A DNA stretch of 64,000 nucleotides. It comes from a virus (lineage: Duplodnaviria > Caudoviricetes). A model generated the notes under the pieces. It ran no database searches. It was given only the letters and a program-made list of their open reading frames with translations, and was not told the DNA's origin. The DNA is taken from the IMG/VR virus record IMGVR_UViG_3300014204_000151, positions 21,938 to 85,937 of that record. The stretch is one strand, 5' to 3'. Each line of letters begins with the position of its first letter. Position 1 is the first letter of the stretch. Below, piece by piece: positions 29,106 to 39,458 of this stretch. A program made the translations under genes and the position numbers.

Positions 29106-29833
29106 TACCTCGGACTAACTATAGACATTATTATTTTTCCATAAATTTTTATAATCGGGGGAGCATAAAAATTAGCAGTTACATCTACGGGAGGAACACT
29201 CCAAGTACTTGTGCATCTTATCCAACCATTTAAAATTCCATCTCCTTGATAAGAAGCAGAAATAATAAAGGAGTAATTTCCATCATAATCCACTGTCTTA
29301 ATTATAGGAGCCGGTAATTCCATAGAAGAATAAACGCCTAAATTGTTTATCTCTAATGATGGTTCTCCCACTCTTTTAAAATTATAATAAAATGCTTGCC
29401 CCCACTTTAATTTATTTTGATAAACTTCATCAGTTTTAAATATTACTTTATAATTGACATAGGGCTGTAGATTAGTTGGAATATTTGTAGAAATATCTAT
29501 AGTTTTACTATATTCTCTAATTGATAAATTTTTACTTGCCTCCAACTGCGGAATAAACTTTGCCCAATGATAATCTGTATAAGTTTCTCCAGTATCAGAA
29601 TCATAATAATAATAAGTAATCCCCCCAGAATAAACATGAGTAAAAAAATAACTATCTATTATCTCTAACTCTACCCAATCGGTCTCATAACTATAAATTT
29701 TCTTCTTTAATAATTCCTTATTAGCCGTTGACTTATTAGAAAAATCAATAAAAAAATTGGTAGACTTATTTTTTAAATCTATCAATTTATTATCAATAGC
29801 TCTAATCTTATTCTTTTCTTCTTTATAAATCAT
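29105..29833 (-). CDS. Putative tail-tip / receptor-binding protein
   Basis: Position after the hub gene; aromatic-rich beta composition. Confidence 0.4.
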   Translation of the reverse strand: MIYKEEKNKIRAIDNKLIDLKNKSTNFFIDFSNKSTANKELLKKKIYSYETDWVELEIIDSYFFTHVYSGGITYYYYDSDTGETYTDYHWAKFIPQLEASKNLSIREYSKTIDISTNIPTNLQPYVNYKVIFKTDEVYQNKLKWGQAFYYNFKRVGEPSLEINNLGVYSSMELPAPIIKTVDYDGNYSFIISASYQGDGILNGWIRCTSTWSVPPVDVTANFYAPPIIKIYGKIIMSIVSPR

Positions 29834-29835
29834 AT

Positions 29836-30105
29836 CTACCTTGGATTAATTATAAAATCTATTGAAGAAAAATAATATTTATTATCCTTAAATCGTACTA
29901 CACGAGATGTCTTAATGTAAAAAGAAAGATTATTTAATACGGTTTCTCCTAATCCTACTTGAGACTTTTTAATTCTAACATCACTCTTACTTTTTTTTGG
30001 AGAAACCAATTCTACAACTTCAAAATCTTCATATTGCTTATTTAGATTGATTTCTCCATCCCATAAATACAAGATTTTATTTTTCGTATCAGCATATAAT
30101 CCCAT
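29836..30105 (-). CDS. Hypothetical tail-module protein
   Basis: ORF coupled to neighbours. Confidence 0.55.
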   Translation of the reverse strand: MGLYADTKNKILYLWDGEINLNKQYEDFEVVELVSPKKSKSDVRIKKSQVGLGETVLNNLSFYIKTSRVVRFKDNKYYFSSIDFIINPR

Positions 30106-32738
30106 TAGAATACATCCTCTTGATTTTTTGGATTAACTTTTTGATACAACTTTACACTATATTCCGCAATTTCATCGGTTAGTTTTGGAGCATACGATGT
30201 TGGCGATTCTGGAACAAATTCATGAACATTAATAAACAAAGACCAACCCTCAATAGAACTTTTAGAGCTATTTAATTTTATAATTGCAGACATATTTTTT
30301 GAGGAAATTGTAATTGCTTTTATTGATAGAGGAAATCCTTTTGTATTTTTAAATATATTTGATTGAGTAGTATTAACTATATTTATTTTATCTACCAATT
30401 TTAAATTATAAAATAATAAAGCATCTAAAGTTAAAATTAATTCTACATCGGTTTGATATAAGTCTAATTTATTATATTCCGCAATCGCCATATTTTTAGC
30501 ATACTCGGAATAATCATAACTTACTTCCTTTGTTTCATACAATCCATCATCTTTATCCTCATATTTGTATGCACTTTCATAAATACCATTTTCAGCAGAA
30601 ATAACCTTATATGGTTCAGAACCTTTTGTATACCAACCCAGATCGGTTTCAACTACATCATAAACTCGTTGCCAAAAAACAACAACTCCGGTTAAGGTCT
30701 CTATCTGCCACAAATCATCGGTTAATGACAGGGATGTCCCGATGTAATCATTTACTAACTGTTTCTGCCCGCTCTCAGAAAAAGGTTCGTCTAACGTGGC
30801 ATTTACTACATAGAAATAATCTACATTTTCTTCTGGAACCCAAGTATCAATTTCTTCCCAACTTTTTAATGTAAACCATCCCCTAACCACTCGCTCAACT
30901 TTTTTTGTTCCTAAATGAACTGCTACTCCCCTGTAAAAACCGTTATCTTCTCCCGCTTCTGTATGACTAAGCGGGCTACCAACATTTATAGATGCATGAA
31001 TAACATCGTATAATCCCAACTGTTCATTTTTTGTTACCAGAGGTAAATTTACGGTCTTTCCCGTATACCAAAGTACATTACAAACGCTCCCCTTATTGTT
31101 TATTGTAAACGGAGTCTTATCCTCTACCCACGGAGTAGCATTTTTCTCTCCTTCTGCCGTTACTTCTACAGATTCCTGCTCAGAAGATTCAGATAAATTA
31201 GTTATGTATCCCTCAAACCATAAAATACTATTAAAATAAATCTGCACCAAATTATGTTCAGTAACTTCTGATAAACCCCCCTCTAAAGTATAATTGGGAT
31301 TATCAAAATTTCTAACCAAAGTAAAATTAGCGATTGGTTGTGTATCTACCACAGTATTTATCTCAATAGAATCAGATATTACATCATCAATAGTAACTCC
31401 ATCTATTTTTACAACAAAAGAATCCACTGAGAATGGCTCTAAACTTTCATACGGATTTTGACCGGATGGAACTCCTCCAACTGGCTCTTGTAAATATCTA
31501 AAGTCTGTATTGATATAATTCTGAGTTTCTTTCTTTACATTAAATTTAGTATTTGCTATAAAAAATCTTTTTGTCCAATTTAATACGGTATTTATAGCAT
31601 GAGAAGCTTTTGAAATTCTTGTTCTAAAATCAGTATTAATTATATTTTTTACAGAATCGTCTATAACAAATAACTGTCCTTCAGAATCATCATCCGAAAT
31701 GTAAACATAACTATTATTATTTAATGTTGCTATTGCATATAATTGATTTGATTCTGCCGTATTTAAAATAGATTGACTATTCAAATCATCATAATCCACT
31801 TTTGCAACTTGACCATCTTTCGATGAAATATAAATGAATTTATTACTTTTTCTTATTGACAAATTTTTTGCGTTATCAATATCGGTTAAAGAATATTTTG
31901 TGTAAGTATGAGCATCTAAATCAAACTTTATAATTTCAGAACCAATTTTATCCGTAACTATATAAGCATAATTTTCACATATAAATTTATTTAGATAAAC
32001 ATTAAAAATGTCATCGGATATTTCACAATCAGAATCTATATCTAATTGGGCGGTTTCAGACCTAATAATCGCATCAGAATTTATTGTTTGAGTAGCAGAA
32101 CCTAATACCACTGCGTCAGAATAAATTCTTTGTGTTTTTGTATTAGTTACTTCAGAATCAGAATAAAGAGATTGATTTACTTTTGCAAATACATTTGTAT
32201 CAGAATAAATAAACTGAGAGTGATAACCAGAATCTCCACTTTGTAATTCTATTCTTCTTACCCCCTCACTTCCACCCCCCCAACTATCAGCAAATTTAAA
32301 AGCATAATAACGATATGCTGTAGTGTTGGTTACTATTATATATTTTGGATCTGCTTGATCTAATTCTATATGTTCATCAAAAGTATTCTGTGCTACAGTT
32401 AATTCTGTCCAATTAGTGTCTATCCCATAAGTAAGCTCCGAAAACGCCCCCGCAACATTAGATCCCCAAAATGTAAAATTCTGAACCCCTCCATCTACAG
32501 CAATACCAAAATAATGATAATTTTCATAATAAATGCGAGTAATTATTTTTGCAGAACCCAAATCTATGTGAAATCTCTGGAATTCAAAATTTCCCATCCA
32601 AGCATTATCTGTAGAATCTCCAATTAAAGATAGTGATGGGTCTGTTGCCATATATGCCATAAAATCAATAGAAGCTTCAAAAGTAGCTTTCACATAAGTA
32701 TCACTAAATGCTGGTGGATATTGAGAAGTATAACCCAT
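30105..32738 (-). CDS. Tail hub-like protein with N-terminal discoidin (F5/8)-like domain
   Basis: HIDLG...QNFTFWGSN...AYRYY.F discoidin pattern; xSDx repeats; propeller-like segment; ANFTL...QIYF...FEGYI hub pattern. Confidence 0.6.
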   Translation of the reverse strand: MGYTSQYPPAFSDTYVKATFEASIDFMAYMATDPSLSLIGDSTDNAWMGNFEFQRFHIDLGSAKIITRIYYENYHYFGIAVDGGVQNFTFWGSNVAGAFSELTYGIDTNWTELTVAQNTFDEHIELDQADPKYIIVTNTTAYRYYAFKFADSWGGGSEGVRRIELQSGDSGYHSQFIYSDTNVFAKVNQSLYSDSEVTNTKTQRIYSDAVVLGSATQTINSDAIIRSETAQLDIDSDCEISDDIFNVYLNKFICENYAYIVTDKIGSEIIKFDLDAHTYTKYSLTDIDNAKNLSIRKSNKFIYISSKDGQVAKVDYDDLNSQSILNTAESNQLYAIATLNNNSYVYISDDDSEGQLFVIDDSVKNIINTDFRTRISKASHAINTVLNWTKRFFIANTKFNVKKETQNYINTDFRYLQEPVGGVPSGQNPYESLEPFSVDSFVVKIDGVTIDDVISDSIEINTVVDTQPIANFTLVRNFDNPNYTLEGGLSEVTEHNLVQIYFNSILWFEGYITNLSESSEQESVEVTAEGEKNATPWVEDKTPFTINNKGSVCNVLWYTGKTVNLPLVTKNEQLGLYDVIHASINVGSPLSHTEAGEDNGFYRGVAVHLGTKKVERVVRGWFTLKSWEEIDTWVPEENVDYFYVVNATLDEPFSESGQKQLVNDYIGTSLSLTDDLWQIETLTGVVVFWQRVYDVVETDLGWYTKGSEPYKVISAENGIYESAYKYEDKDDGLYETKEVSYDYSEYAKNMAIAEYNKLDLYQTDVELILTLDALLFYNLKLVDKINIVNTTQSNIFKNTKGFPLSIKAITISSKNMSAIIKLNSSKSSIEGWSLFINVHEFVPESPTSYAPKLTDEIAEYSVKLYQKVNPKNQEDVF

Positions 32739-33178
32739 TATTCTACTCCAATTATAGAATTACCATCTTTATCTATCTGCAATAATAATTTTCGATTATT
32801 TCCATTTTTATCATTATACTGAAGACCAATAAAAAAGAATACTTGAACATTATCATCTCCTAAAGTCATTACGTGGTGTTTAAAATATATTAACCTTATA
32901 TTCTTTTTTTCTTCTTTAAAAAATTTATCGGATATATATTCTCCACCATTGTGAAAAATAATTCCTCGAAGAATTTCTACTGTAAAAGAAATATCCTGAG
33001 TTTTATGTTTAAGTGTAAAATATTTTAACTCATCAAACCTATGAATTACTTCTTGAAATTTATGTTCTACACCATTTTCAAATTGATTTAAAAATTCTCG
33101 ATTATTAAACTCTGCTACCCAATAAAAATTAGATACTATTTTTTCTTTATCAATAATTATGTCCATTGAATTGTTCAT
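32738..33178 (-). CDS. Hypothetical tail-module protein
   Basis: ORF track, synteny. Confidence 0.55.
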   Translation of the reverse strand: MNNSMDIIIDKEKIVSNFYWVAEFNNREFLNQFENGVEHKFQEVIHRFDELKYFTLKHKTQDISFTVEILRGIIFHNGGEYISDKFFKEEKKNIRLIYFKHHVMTLGDDNVQVFFFIGLQYNDKNGNNRKLLLQIDKDGNSIIGVE

Positions 33179-33205
33179 TATATTCTTTCCTTTTTTTAAT
33201 AAGTC

Positions 33206-33688
33206 TTAATATTCATCCCAGGAGATAGAGATTGTTTTAGTATTTAATCCCCCAGGGGGCGTTGAAGTTGTTGTTTGAAGCTGAATAACAATATACTTTG
33301 AATAACCAGGTGTAGTAAATTTTGTAGGATCGACTTCTCCACTCTCAATAGCTAAACCAGCTCCTTCACTCGTAGGAATAGCAGAAACCGCTTTAGTAGA
33401 AGTAACCGTTGTTGGAGTTGAAAATGTTTGATTTGCTATCGCTTTTACCACTTCTCCTGTTTTCAATACTCCCGCAGATTTCCAAATAACTAAGTTAGAA
33501 ATCTCAGTAAAAGTACCAGAAAATTTAATTCTAACATACTTCTCATAAGCATTATTCCCAGCGGTTATTTTATAAGTTGCCGCCACCAAGTTAGCAGAAT
33601 CGCTGTTTCCCATATTTAAATTAGTCAGTCCATCCGTAACCACTTCTCCTGCGGTATTCGATTCAGAAAATTGAACTGTTGCACTCAT
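33206..33688 (-). CDS. Putative minor virion protein (beta-sandwich)
   Basis: Thr/Ser/Gly-rich beta composition, SKYIVIQL motif, AAGGAG SD. Confidence 0.55.
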   Translation of the reverse strand: MSATVQFSESNTAGEVVTDGLTNLNMGNSDSANLVAATYKITAGNNAYEKYVRIKFSGTFTEISNLVIWKSAGVLKTGEVVKAIANQTFSTPTTVTSTKAVSAIPTSEGAGLAIESGEVDPTKFTTPGYSKYIVIQLQTTTSTPPGGLNTKTISISWDEY

Positions 33689-33710
33689 AACCTTCTCCTT
33701 TTTTAAAAAT

Positions 33711-34286
33711 TTAACTTAATGTATAACTTGTAAAATTCCAAACATCTCCTGAAGTTAAATAAACCTCGGTCAAAATCGGAGGGTCTATTTCTGAAATCAC
33801 CCACAAATGACCGTTTTCGTCTTGACTTATTTTATTAGCATTAAATACTGTAGTCAAATCTATGGTTTCTATATAAGCCCACGTTGTTCTATTATATTTT
33901 AATATTTTAGCATTGTTACCAGAAGTTAGTCCAGAAATTAAAATATAAATATAATCTGTATCCATCACAAAATCAATAGCATCTTCATTTATTCCCACCG
34001 GCTTATTTATATAAGTAATATAAGAATAAGGATTTAATTTTAATGTTGTAAAAAATAATTTTGTTGCAGAACTATCTATTCCATAAACATAATTATCATC
34101 TACAACCAAATTAATTATATCATTAACTTCTACTGGAACATTAAAATAAATTGAATCTGGATTTAAAACTTCTACTTTTTTTAAATAAGTAGAATTATCT
34201 GAACCTAAAAATCCTAACCATAAATAGGTTCCATCAATACATAAACTTGATATTTTAGTTGAATCAAAATTATATTGATTTTTCAT
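33711..34286 (-). CDS. Putative beta-propeller-fragment tail protein
   Basis: Repeated D..Y(L/V/I)(W/Y) blades. Confidence 0.45.
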   Translation of the reverse strand: MKNQYNFDSTKISSLCIDGTYLWLGFLGSDNSTYLKKVEVLNPDSIYFNVPVEVNDIINLVVDDNYVYGIDSSATKLFFTTLKLNPYSYITYINKPVGINEDAIDFVMDTDYIYILISGLTSGNNAKILKYNRTTWAYIETIDLTTVFNANKISQDENGHLWVISEIDPPILTEVYLTSGDVWNFTSYTLS

Positions 34287-34299
34287 TTTTTATCCTAAA

Positions 34300-34929
34300 T
34301 TATTCTGTATATTTAACTACCCATACCGGCTGAGACAATCCAGAAGCAGATGCTGTTGCCGGAATAATAATCTTAAAATTAATGTAACAAACTCCAGCAG
34401 CTCCTAACGCCCCATTTCCAGCATTTAAATTTATAAAATGGTCTGCGGTAGCCCCCGCCAACTTTTTACCAACCCAACCAGCTCCAGGCAAACCTCCAGT
34501 TGTACAAATACCATTATACCAACTGTTAGCAGGAGTTCCAGCTCCTAAAACTTCTAATAATGCACTATTCAATCCACTATCATCCCAAATTTCTAAAGTT
34601 GGCTCTGAGGCTGTTGCTCCATCAAAAACAAAAGCAAAAACATACCTTTTGTTCTGATTTCCTGCATTATGTATTTCTTTTAAAATACCCTCACTTATAT
34701 CAGCTAAGAAATATTTAGGAACTATTATTTCTGTTCCTGATAATAAAGCCGAAGCTTGTGTTAATTCCGAAGCGGAAGGAATCGGCTCTCCATCGGCAAC
34801 CGCATCACTTCCATTTGAGAAAACAAAATAATCATTAACCAAATCCATCTTAACCCAATCTATACCAGAAGTTCCATAAGGCGAATCGGATGTATCACAA
34901 TTTACATATAAATCAACTAAAGTAGCCAT
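34300..34929 (-). CDS. Putative minor virion protein
   Basis: Gly/Ala-rich, AGGAGG SD, tail module. Confidence 0.55.
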   Translation of the reverse strand: MATLVDLYVNCDTSDSPYGTSGIDWVKMDLVNDYFVFSNGSDAVADGEPIPSASELTQASALLSGTEIIVPKYFLADISEGILKEIHNAGNQNKRYVFAFVFDGATASEPTLEIWDDSGLNSALLEVLGAGTPANSWYNGICTTGGLPGAGWVGKKLAGATADHFINLNAGNGALGAAGVCYINFKIIIPATASASGLSQPVWVVKYTE

Positions 34930-34954
34930 TTTTTATTCCTCCTATTTATTTTTA

Positions 34955-35362
34955 TTAAAAAGCATTTACTCTCAACGTACAGACGTATTCCATATAATTA
35001 GTCCTCAAATTATCAGGGGTATATTCTATTGGTAATATACGTTTAACATTATAAGTGTAAAAAGTTGAAACTGTTTTATTTATTTTAAGAACATATTTCG
35101 TATTTAATTGTATTGCGGTTTCCATCGCATCTATAAGAACAGTTAATGCCTCATAATCGTTTGCTAACATTACGCCCCGCAAAGTTAAATCCCAAGGAGT
35201 TTCTCCCCCATCAATAACAATAGAACCTTTTCCTCTCACATTTTTATGCTCTATTAAATTCTCTTCACTATGCGGATAATTTGCAGAAAAAACTACTGGA
35301 AAAGTATAAATTAAAGATACTCCGGTAGAATCATATAATTTAAAATAAACGGTTGTAGACAT
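34955..35362 (-). CDS. Putative distal tail (Dit-like) protein
   Basis: Directly after the tape measure; G...WDLTLRG, YVCTL pattern. Confidence 0.5.
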   Translation of the reverse strand: MSTTVYFKLYDSTGVSLIYTFPVVFSANYPHSEENLIEHKNVRGKGSIVIDGGETPWDLTLRGVMLANDYEALTVLIDAMETAIQLNTKYVLKINKTVSTFYTYNVKRILPIEYTPDNLRTNYMEYVCTLRVNAF

Positions 35363-35373
35363 TTCTTTTCCTC

Positions 35374-38300
35374 CTAATGTTCCTCAATCTTCTCATCTAT
35401 TTTTCTACTTAACTCACTTAATTTATCCGATAATGCTTTATTTATTTCTTTTTTTGTTTTTTCCATAATCATCTCAGCGTCATTTACTTTAACTTCAACT
35501 TTTACCGGAGCAACGTTTACTCCAATAACCCTATTTATAATTTGTTTATTTCTTTCTTCCGCATATTTTTCAGGAAAAATTAATTGATTTTTTAAATTAG
35601 GATTATAAACCCGGCCTTCTAAATTTTTTTCATATAATTCTCTCGCCCGTTTTGATTGCTGTTGTCCATAAATATTAGGAGTTCTCTGCTCTGAAAAATA
35701 ACGACTTGCTAACGCTTCTTCATATAAATTTTTATTTTCAGATTTAACTATTCTTCTTGCGGTTGTTGATAACTCTTCTATTGGCTTCATATTAGCAATA
35801 AAAGCAGAAACCTCTTGAGCTACATCTTTTCCATATTTCTTTGATATTTTCCACAACTCAACCAAATAAGCAGATTTTTTATTCTGATTATCCATTTCTT
35901 TAGTAAGAGCTTCTGCCAATCTTAACTTATCTACCATTATAGTTTTTAAATAACCCTCTCCCAATAAAATAGACTTAGAAACCATCTCATTTTTAATTAT
36001 CTGAGACTCCTCAGCACCTAATAACCTTAAAATATCAGACCTAACTCCTATTTGAGTTTTTGCTAATTCATTTGCTTCACCCTGTTTTTCTATTGTTATT
36101 TGAGATTCTAATTCTGATAATTTTAAATTTTTTTCATGCTCATCATAAACAAATTTTGATTCTTTTACTAATTGTTTTTCTAACTCCAATAATTCAGAAG
36201 TAGATTTTTGTCCTCTATTCTTCTCAACCCCCAATTTAGTGGCTATTGAAATCTGCTCCTCTTCTTTTTCTGTTAAATCGTTTGCATATTGTAGTTCTAT
36301 TTTTTGTAACTCCTTTGCTTGATTCAATAAATCATTCTTCTTTTTCTTTTCTCTAACTTGTTTATTTATTTCTTCTGATTGAAGTTTATCCAGTTCATTT
36401 AATTCTTTTTGTTTCTCAGCTTCACCAGCTCTTGCTTCTTTTGCAAGCGGAAGTTGTTTTCCAACTCCTTTTAATAAGCCAGTTCCTTCTCGAAACTCCG
36501 CCTCTTTCCTAAATGCTTCTCTCTCCTTTTCTAATTGCTCCCGCTTTGGTTGATATTTTGCAATTACATTTATAACAATTTCTTTTGTAGAAATAACTTT
36601 TGATAATTCATCTAACTTGTTATTAACAACATCTATATCAGAAGTATCAATATTTAATAATAACGGAGATTTATTCTGCATTTTCTCTATATTTTCATTA
36701 ACCAAATTCAATGCTTCTACATTTTCAGGAGTTTGTTTTGCTTTAGATAAAGATTTTCTTATTTTTAATAACTCCCTAAAATTAGCAATTTCTGATTTTT
36801 GAGTGTCCACCAACGTTTTTTCTTTTGCATAACCTTTTGTTAATTCTGCTTGATATACTTTATAACTATTAATCAAAGTAACAAACCCAGAAACTAAACC
36901 ATTCAAACTGTCTAAAGTCGATTTAAAAACCCCAGTATCCCCCATCACAACTGTAAGTAAATTCCAAGTTGAAGCCAGTTGTTTCATTTTATAAACCGTT
37001 GTTTCTGTAATAATACTTAAAGCTCTTTCAGATTGCCCGGCAGATGCTAAAGCCTCAACCCTTGCTAATAACGCATGATTATAATTTTGCATTAAAGCCA
37101 AAAATGGGGTCATCTGTTTTTTAGACGCAACCGATTGCGCTATGTCAAATTTTTGCTTTTCTGTTAGTGTTACCCAAACCCCCGATAAATCATCCAAAAT
37201 ATCAGTAATACTTCTATAGTCTTTTTTAACTTCATTTGTAGCTTTTCCTGTTGCATCTAAATAAAATGGAATTTTGGTAATAGATTCTATTGTCTTTTTT
37301 GCTATAGTATAAAATCTCGCATACATGAAATTTAAAGCGTTTCCCGCTGCTGTACCAGATTTTCTCGTAACCTCAATAATAGAAGTGATATGCCCCAAAA
37401 AAGCATCAATCGAAACCCCCAACTGATTTGCAGCCGCACCGGTGGTTTTGGTAGCATCTGCTAAATCTTGTGCAGTTACCGCAAACTGTCTTTCTACGTT
37501 AATCCACTTATCAATTATCATTATACTATTTTCTACGGGAATGTTAAAACCCTCTACAGCCGCTGTAAGATTGTTCACCGTAGTTTTTATATCAGTACCT
37601 AAAATCTGTGCCCCAATCATAGCAATTTTAGTTAATTGAATAGATTCAGCAACCGTCCTACCCTGTTGCGAGTTCCCAGACCAATGACAACGACCGCTCC
37701 TACGGACATATATAGAATTATACTTAGTAGTAACACAATATATTCTACCATTATATTTTATTTTTTTTAATCGTTTTTTTAACATTAAAAAATCTTTAGA
37801 TAAACTTTCAATAATACAATATCCTAATGAATTTTTAAAACCACTGTACCTGGAATATAAATAAGCGTAATTACCACTTTTTAAAATTAATTCTTGTAAA
37901 TCATTGGATAAATTTTTTGAAGACGTAAAATAACAATTAACATTGGTGGACATTTTTTGGCCATCTCCTTTGACAAATGTATTTAAAAATACTTTAATTT
38001 GTCTGGAATCTGCCGATTTTAAAAAAGAAGGAATACACTTTGTATGTGAATTATAATTTACTCCAATATAACAATTTTTTCTTAAAAAATCTGCCAACTC
38101 TGTATTATTACATCCAATTGCTTTACAATTATTTCGTTTATCAGTTGAAATATGATATTTATATCCCAATTTATTAAATAAAAAACAAATATTATCAACA
38201 TTATCTGAATTTTTTTGATAAATTACAACTTCATTGGTTTTATGAATATATCCCTCAGATATAAACCATCCTAAGAATTGAATAAAATCATCAGTATAAT

Positions 38301-39111
38301 TCTGATTTATACCAGACCATTCTATAGATTTTTTTATTCGCTCAGCCGAGCCAATATTTTCTATTTTTTTAAATATATATTTATTATTTTTCCTATAATT
38401 TAATTGGCAAATCATATTATGGTTGGGGGTTACACAAAAATTCATTTTAGGAGTATCATATAAATACATTTCCCCACTATATGGCTCATCAATATAAGCA
38501 CTAACTTCCTGAAACGATTGAGATCCTAAATCTAAATCCCAACTCCACACCTTTTCTGTTTTATCTAAATCTTTAAAATATTTCCATCCTTTGTCAGTAA
38601 ATATTTCTGTTTTATCATCAAAACAAAAAGTCTTACTTGCCTCCAACGCCTCAGAAGCCGTACTCCCATAAGCTTGGGCCAAACCAATCAAAGCTATTTT
38701 CATGTGGTCATATTCTTCAGCCGTTCCTTTTCCAACAATTTGAATATGAGCCATCGCGGTTTCCATTTCAACTAAAAATTTTATCTGCTCCTGAAATAGT
38801 TTTTGAATACTAACCATAACGGATCTCAACGCCATCCACACGGGAGCTACAATAACAGCTCTCCGCATCGCATTTATAAAATCATTACCTTTAGTTTTAG
38901 CTTTATCAGTTGCATTTCCTATATCTTTAAATGTTTCTTCTATTTGTTTTCCAGTAACCAATCCAGACTTATCAAAAGTAGTAATAACCTTAGTACTGGT
39001 GAGCTTTTTCATTGATTGGTCTATCTGATTTAAACCAGAAACAACTTGCTCTTTTCCATCTAAAGCTATCTTTATTTTTCCTAAAAATTCACCATTACTC
39101 GAAATAGCCAT
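35374..39111 (-). CDS. Tail tape measure protein with an in-frame intein
   Basis: 1245 aa helical; TP901-type core E.AMA.I..V...L...YG...; follows the chaperone genes. Confidence 0.88.
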   Translation of the reverse strand: MAISSNGEFLGKIKIALDGKEQVVSGLNQIDQSMKKLTSTKVITTFDKSGLVTGKQIEETFKDIGNATDKAKTKGNDFINAMRRAVIVAPVWMALRSVMVSIQKLFQEQIKFLVEMETAMAHIQIVGKGTAEEYDHMKIALIGLAQAYGSTASEALEASKTFCFDDKTEIFTDKGWKYFKDLDKTEKVWSWDLDLGSQSFQEVSAYIDEPYSGEMYLYDTPKMNFCVTPNHNMICQLNYRKNNKYIFKKIENIGSAERIKKSIEWSGINQNYTDDFIQFLGWFISEGYIHKTNEVVIYQKNSDNVDNICFLFNKLGYKYHISTDKRNNCKAIGCNNTELADFLRKNCYIGVNYNSHTKCIPSFLKSADSRQIKVFLNTFVKGDGQKMSTNVNCYFTSSKNLSNDLQELILKSGNYAYLYSRYSGFKNSLGYCIIESLSKDFLMLKKRLKKIKYNGRIYCVTTKYNSIYVRRSGRCHWSGNSQQGRTVAESIQLTKIAMIGAQILGTDIKTTVNNLTAAVEGFNIPVENSIMIIDKWINVERQFAVTAQDLADATKTTGAAANQLGVSIDAFLGHITSIIEVTRKSGTAAGNALNFMYARFYTIAKKTIESITKIPFYLDATGKATNEVKKDYRSITDILDDLSGVWVTLTEKQKFDIAQSVASKKQMTPFLALMQNYNHALLARVEALASAGQSERALSIITETTVYKMKQLASTWNLLTVVMGDTGVFKSTLDSLNGLVSGFVTLINSYKVYQAELTKGYAKEKTLVDTQKSEIANFRELLKIRKSLSKAKQTPENVEALNLVNENIEKMQNKSPLLLNIDTSDIDVVNNKLDELSKVISTKEIVINVIAKYQPKREQLEKEREAFRKEAEFREGTGLLKGVGKQLPLAKEARAGEAEKQKELNELDKLQSEEINKQVREKKKKNDLLNQAKELQKIELQYANDLTEKEEEQISIATKLGVEKNRGQKSTSELLELEKQLVKESKFVYDEHEKNLKLSELESQITIEKQGEANELAKTQIGVRSDILRLLGAEESQIIKNEMVSKSILLGEGYLKTIMVDKLRLAEALTKEMDNQNKKSAYLVELWKISKKYGKDVAQEVSAFIANMKPIEELSTTARRIVKSENKNLYEEALASRYFSEQRTPNIYGQQQSKRARELYEKNLEGRVYNPNLKNQLIFPEKYAEERNKQIINRVIGVNVAPVKVEVKVNDAEMIMEKTKKEINKALSDKLSELSRKIDEKIEEH
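37672..38625 (-). mobile_element. Intein (318 aa) with LAGLIDADG endonuclease inside the tape measure
   Basis: Starts CFDDKTEIFTDKGW, block B VTPNH, FLGWFISEG and FVKGDG motifs, ends YCVTT...WSGN followed by Ser +1. Confidence 0.93.
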
Positions 39112-39452
39112 TATGATACCTCTTTTTTAAATTTTATAGTTCTCGCAGGAATTAAATGTATCTCTCTTTGCTTATCTTCTGGTTTATCTTTACTCTTATC
39201 CTTTTTCTTATAAACCACATAAGCTTCTGCATAAACATCATCCAATAAAACTTTATCACTTACAGAATTGCTCATTACATCGGTTATTAAATTTTCATAG
39301 AAATATAAATAATTAATAAATACCTGTTGTATCTTCGATAAATCTAATTCATTATTAAATAATCTAACTCCAAAAATCTCTCTACTCGCAGAGAATAAAT
39401 TTTGAGTTTTATTTTCTTTAGCTAATTGTTTTAATCCGTCATAAATTTGCAT
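39111..39452 (-). CDS. Putative tail assembly chaperone (second part)
   Basis: Immediately upstream of the tape measure. Confidence 0.5.
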   Translation of the reverse strand: MQIYDGLKQLAKENKTQNLFSASREIFGVRLFNNELDLSKIQQVFINYLYFYENLITDVMSNSVSDKVLLDDVYAEAYVVYKKKDKSKDKPEDKQREIHLIPARTIKFKKEVS

Positions 39453-39458
39453 AATCTA

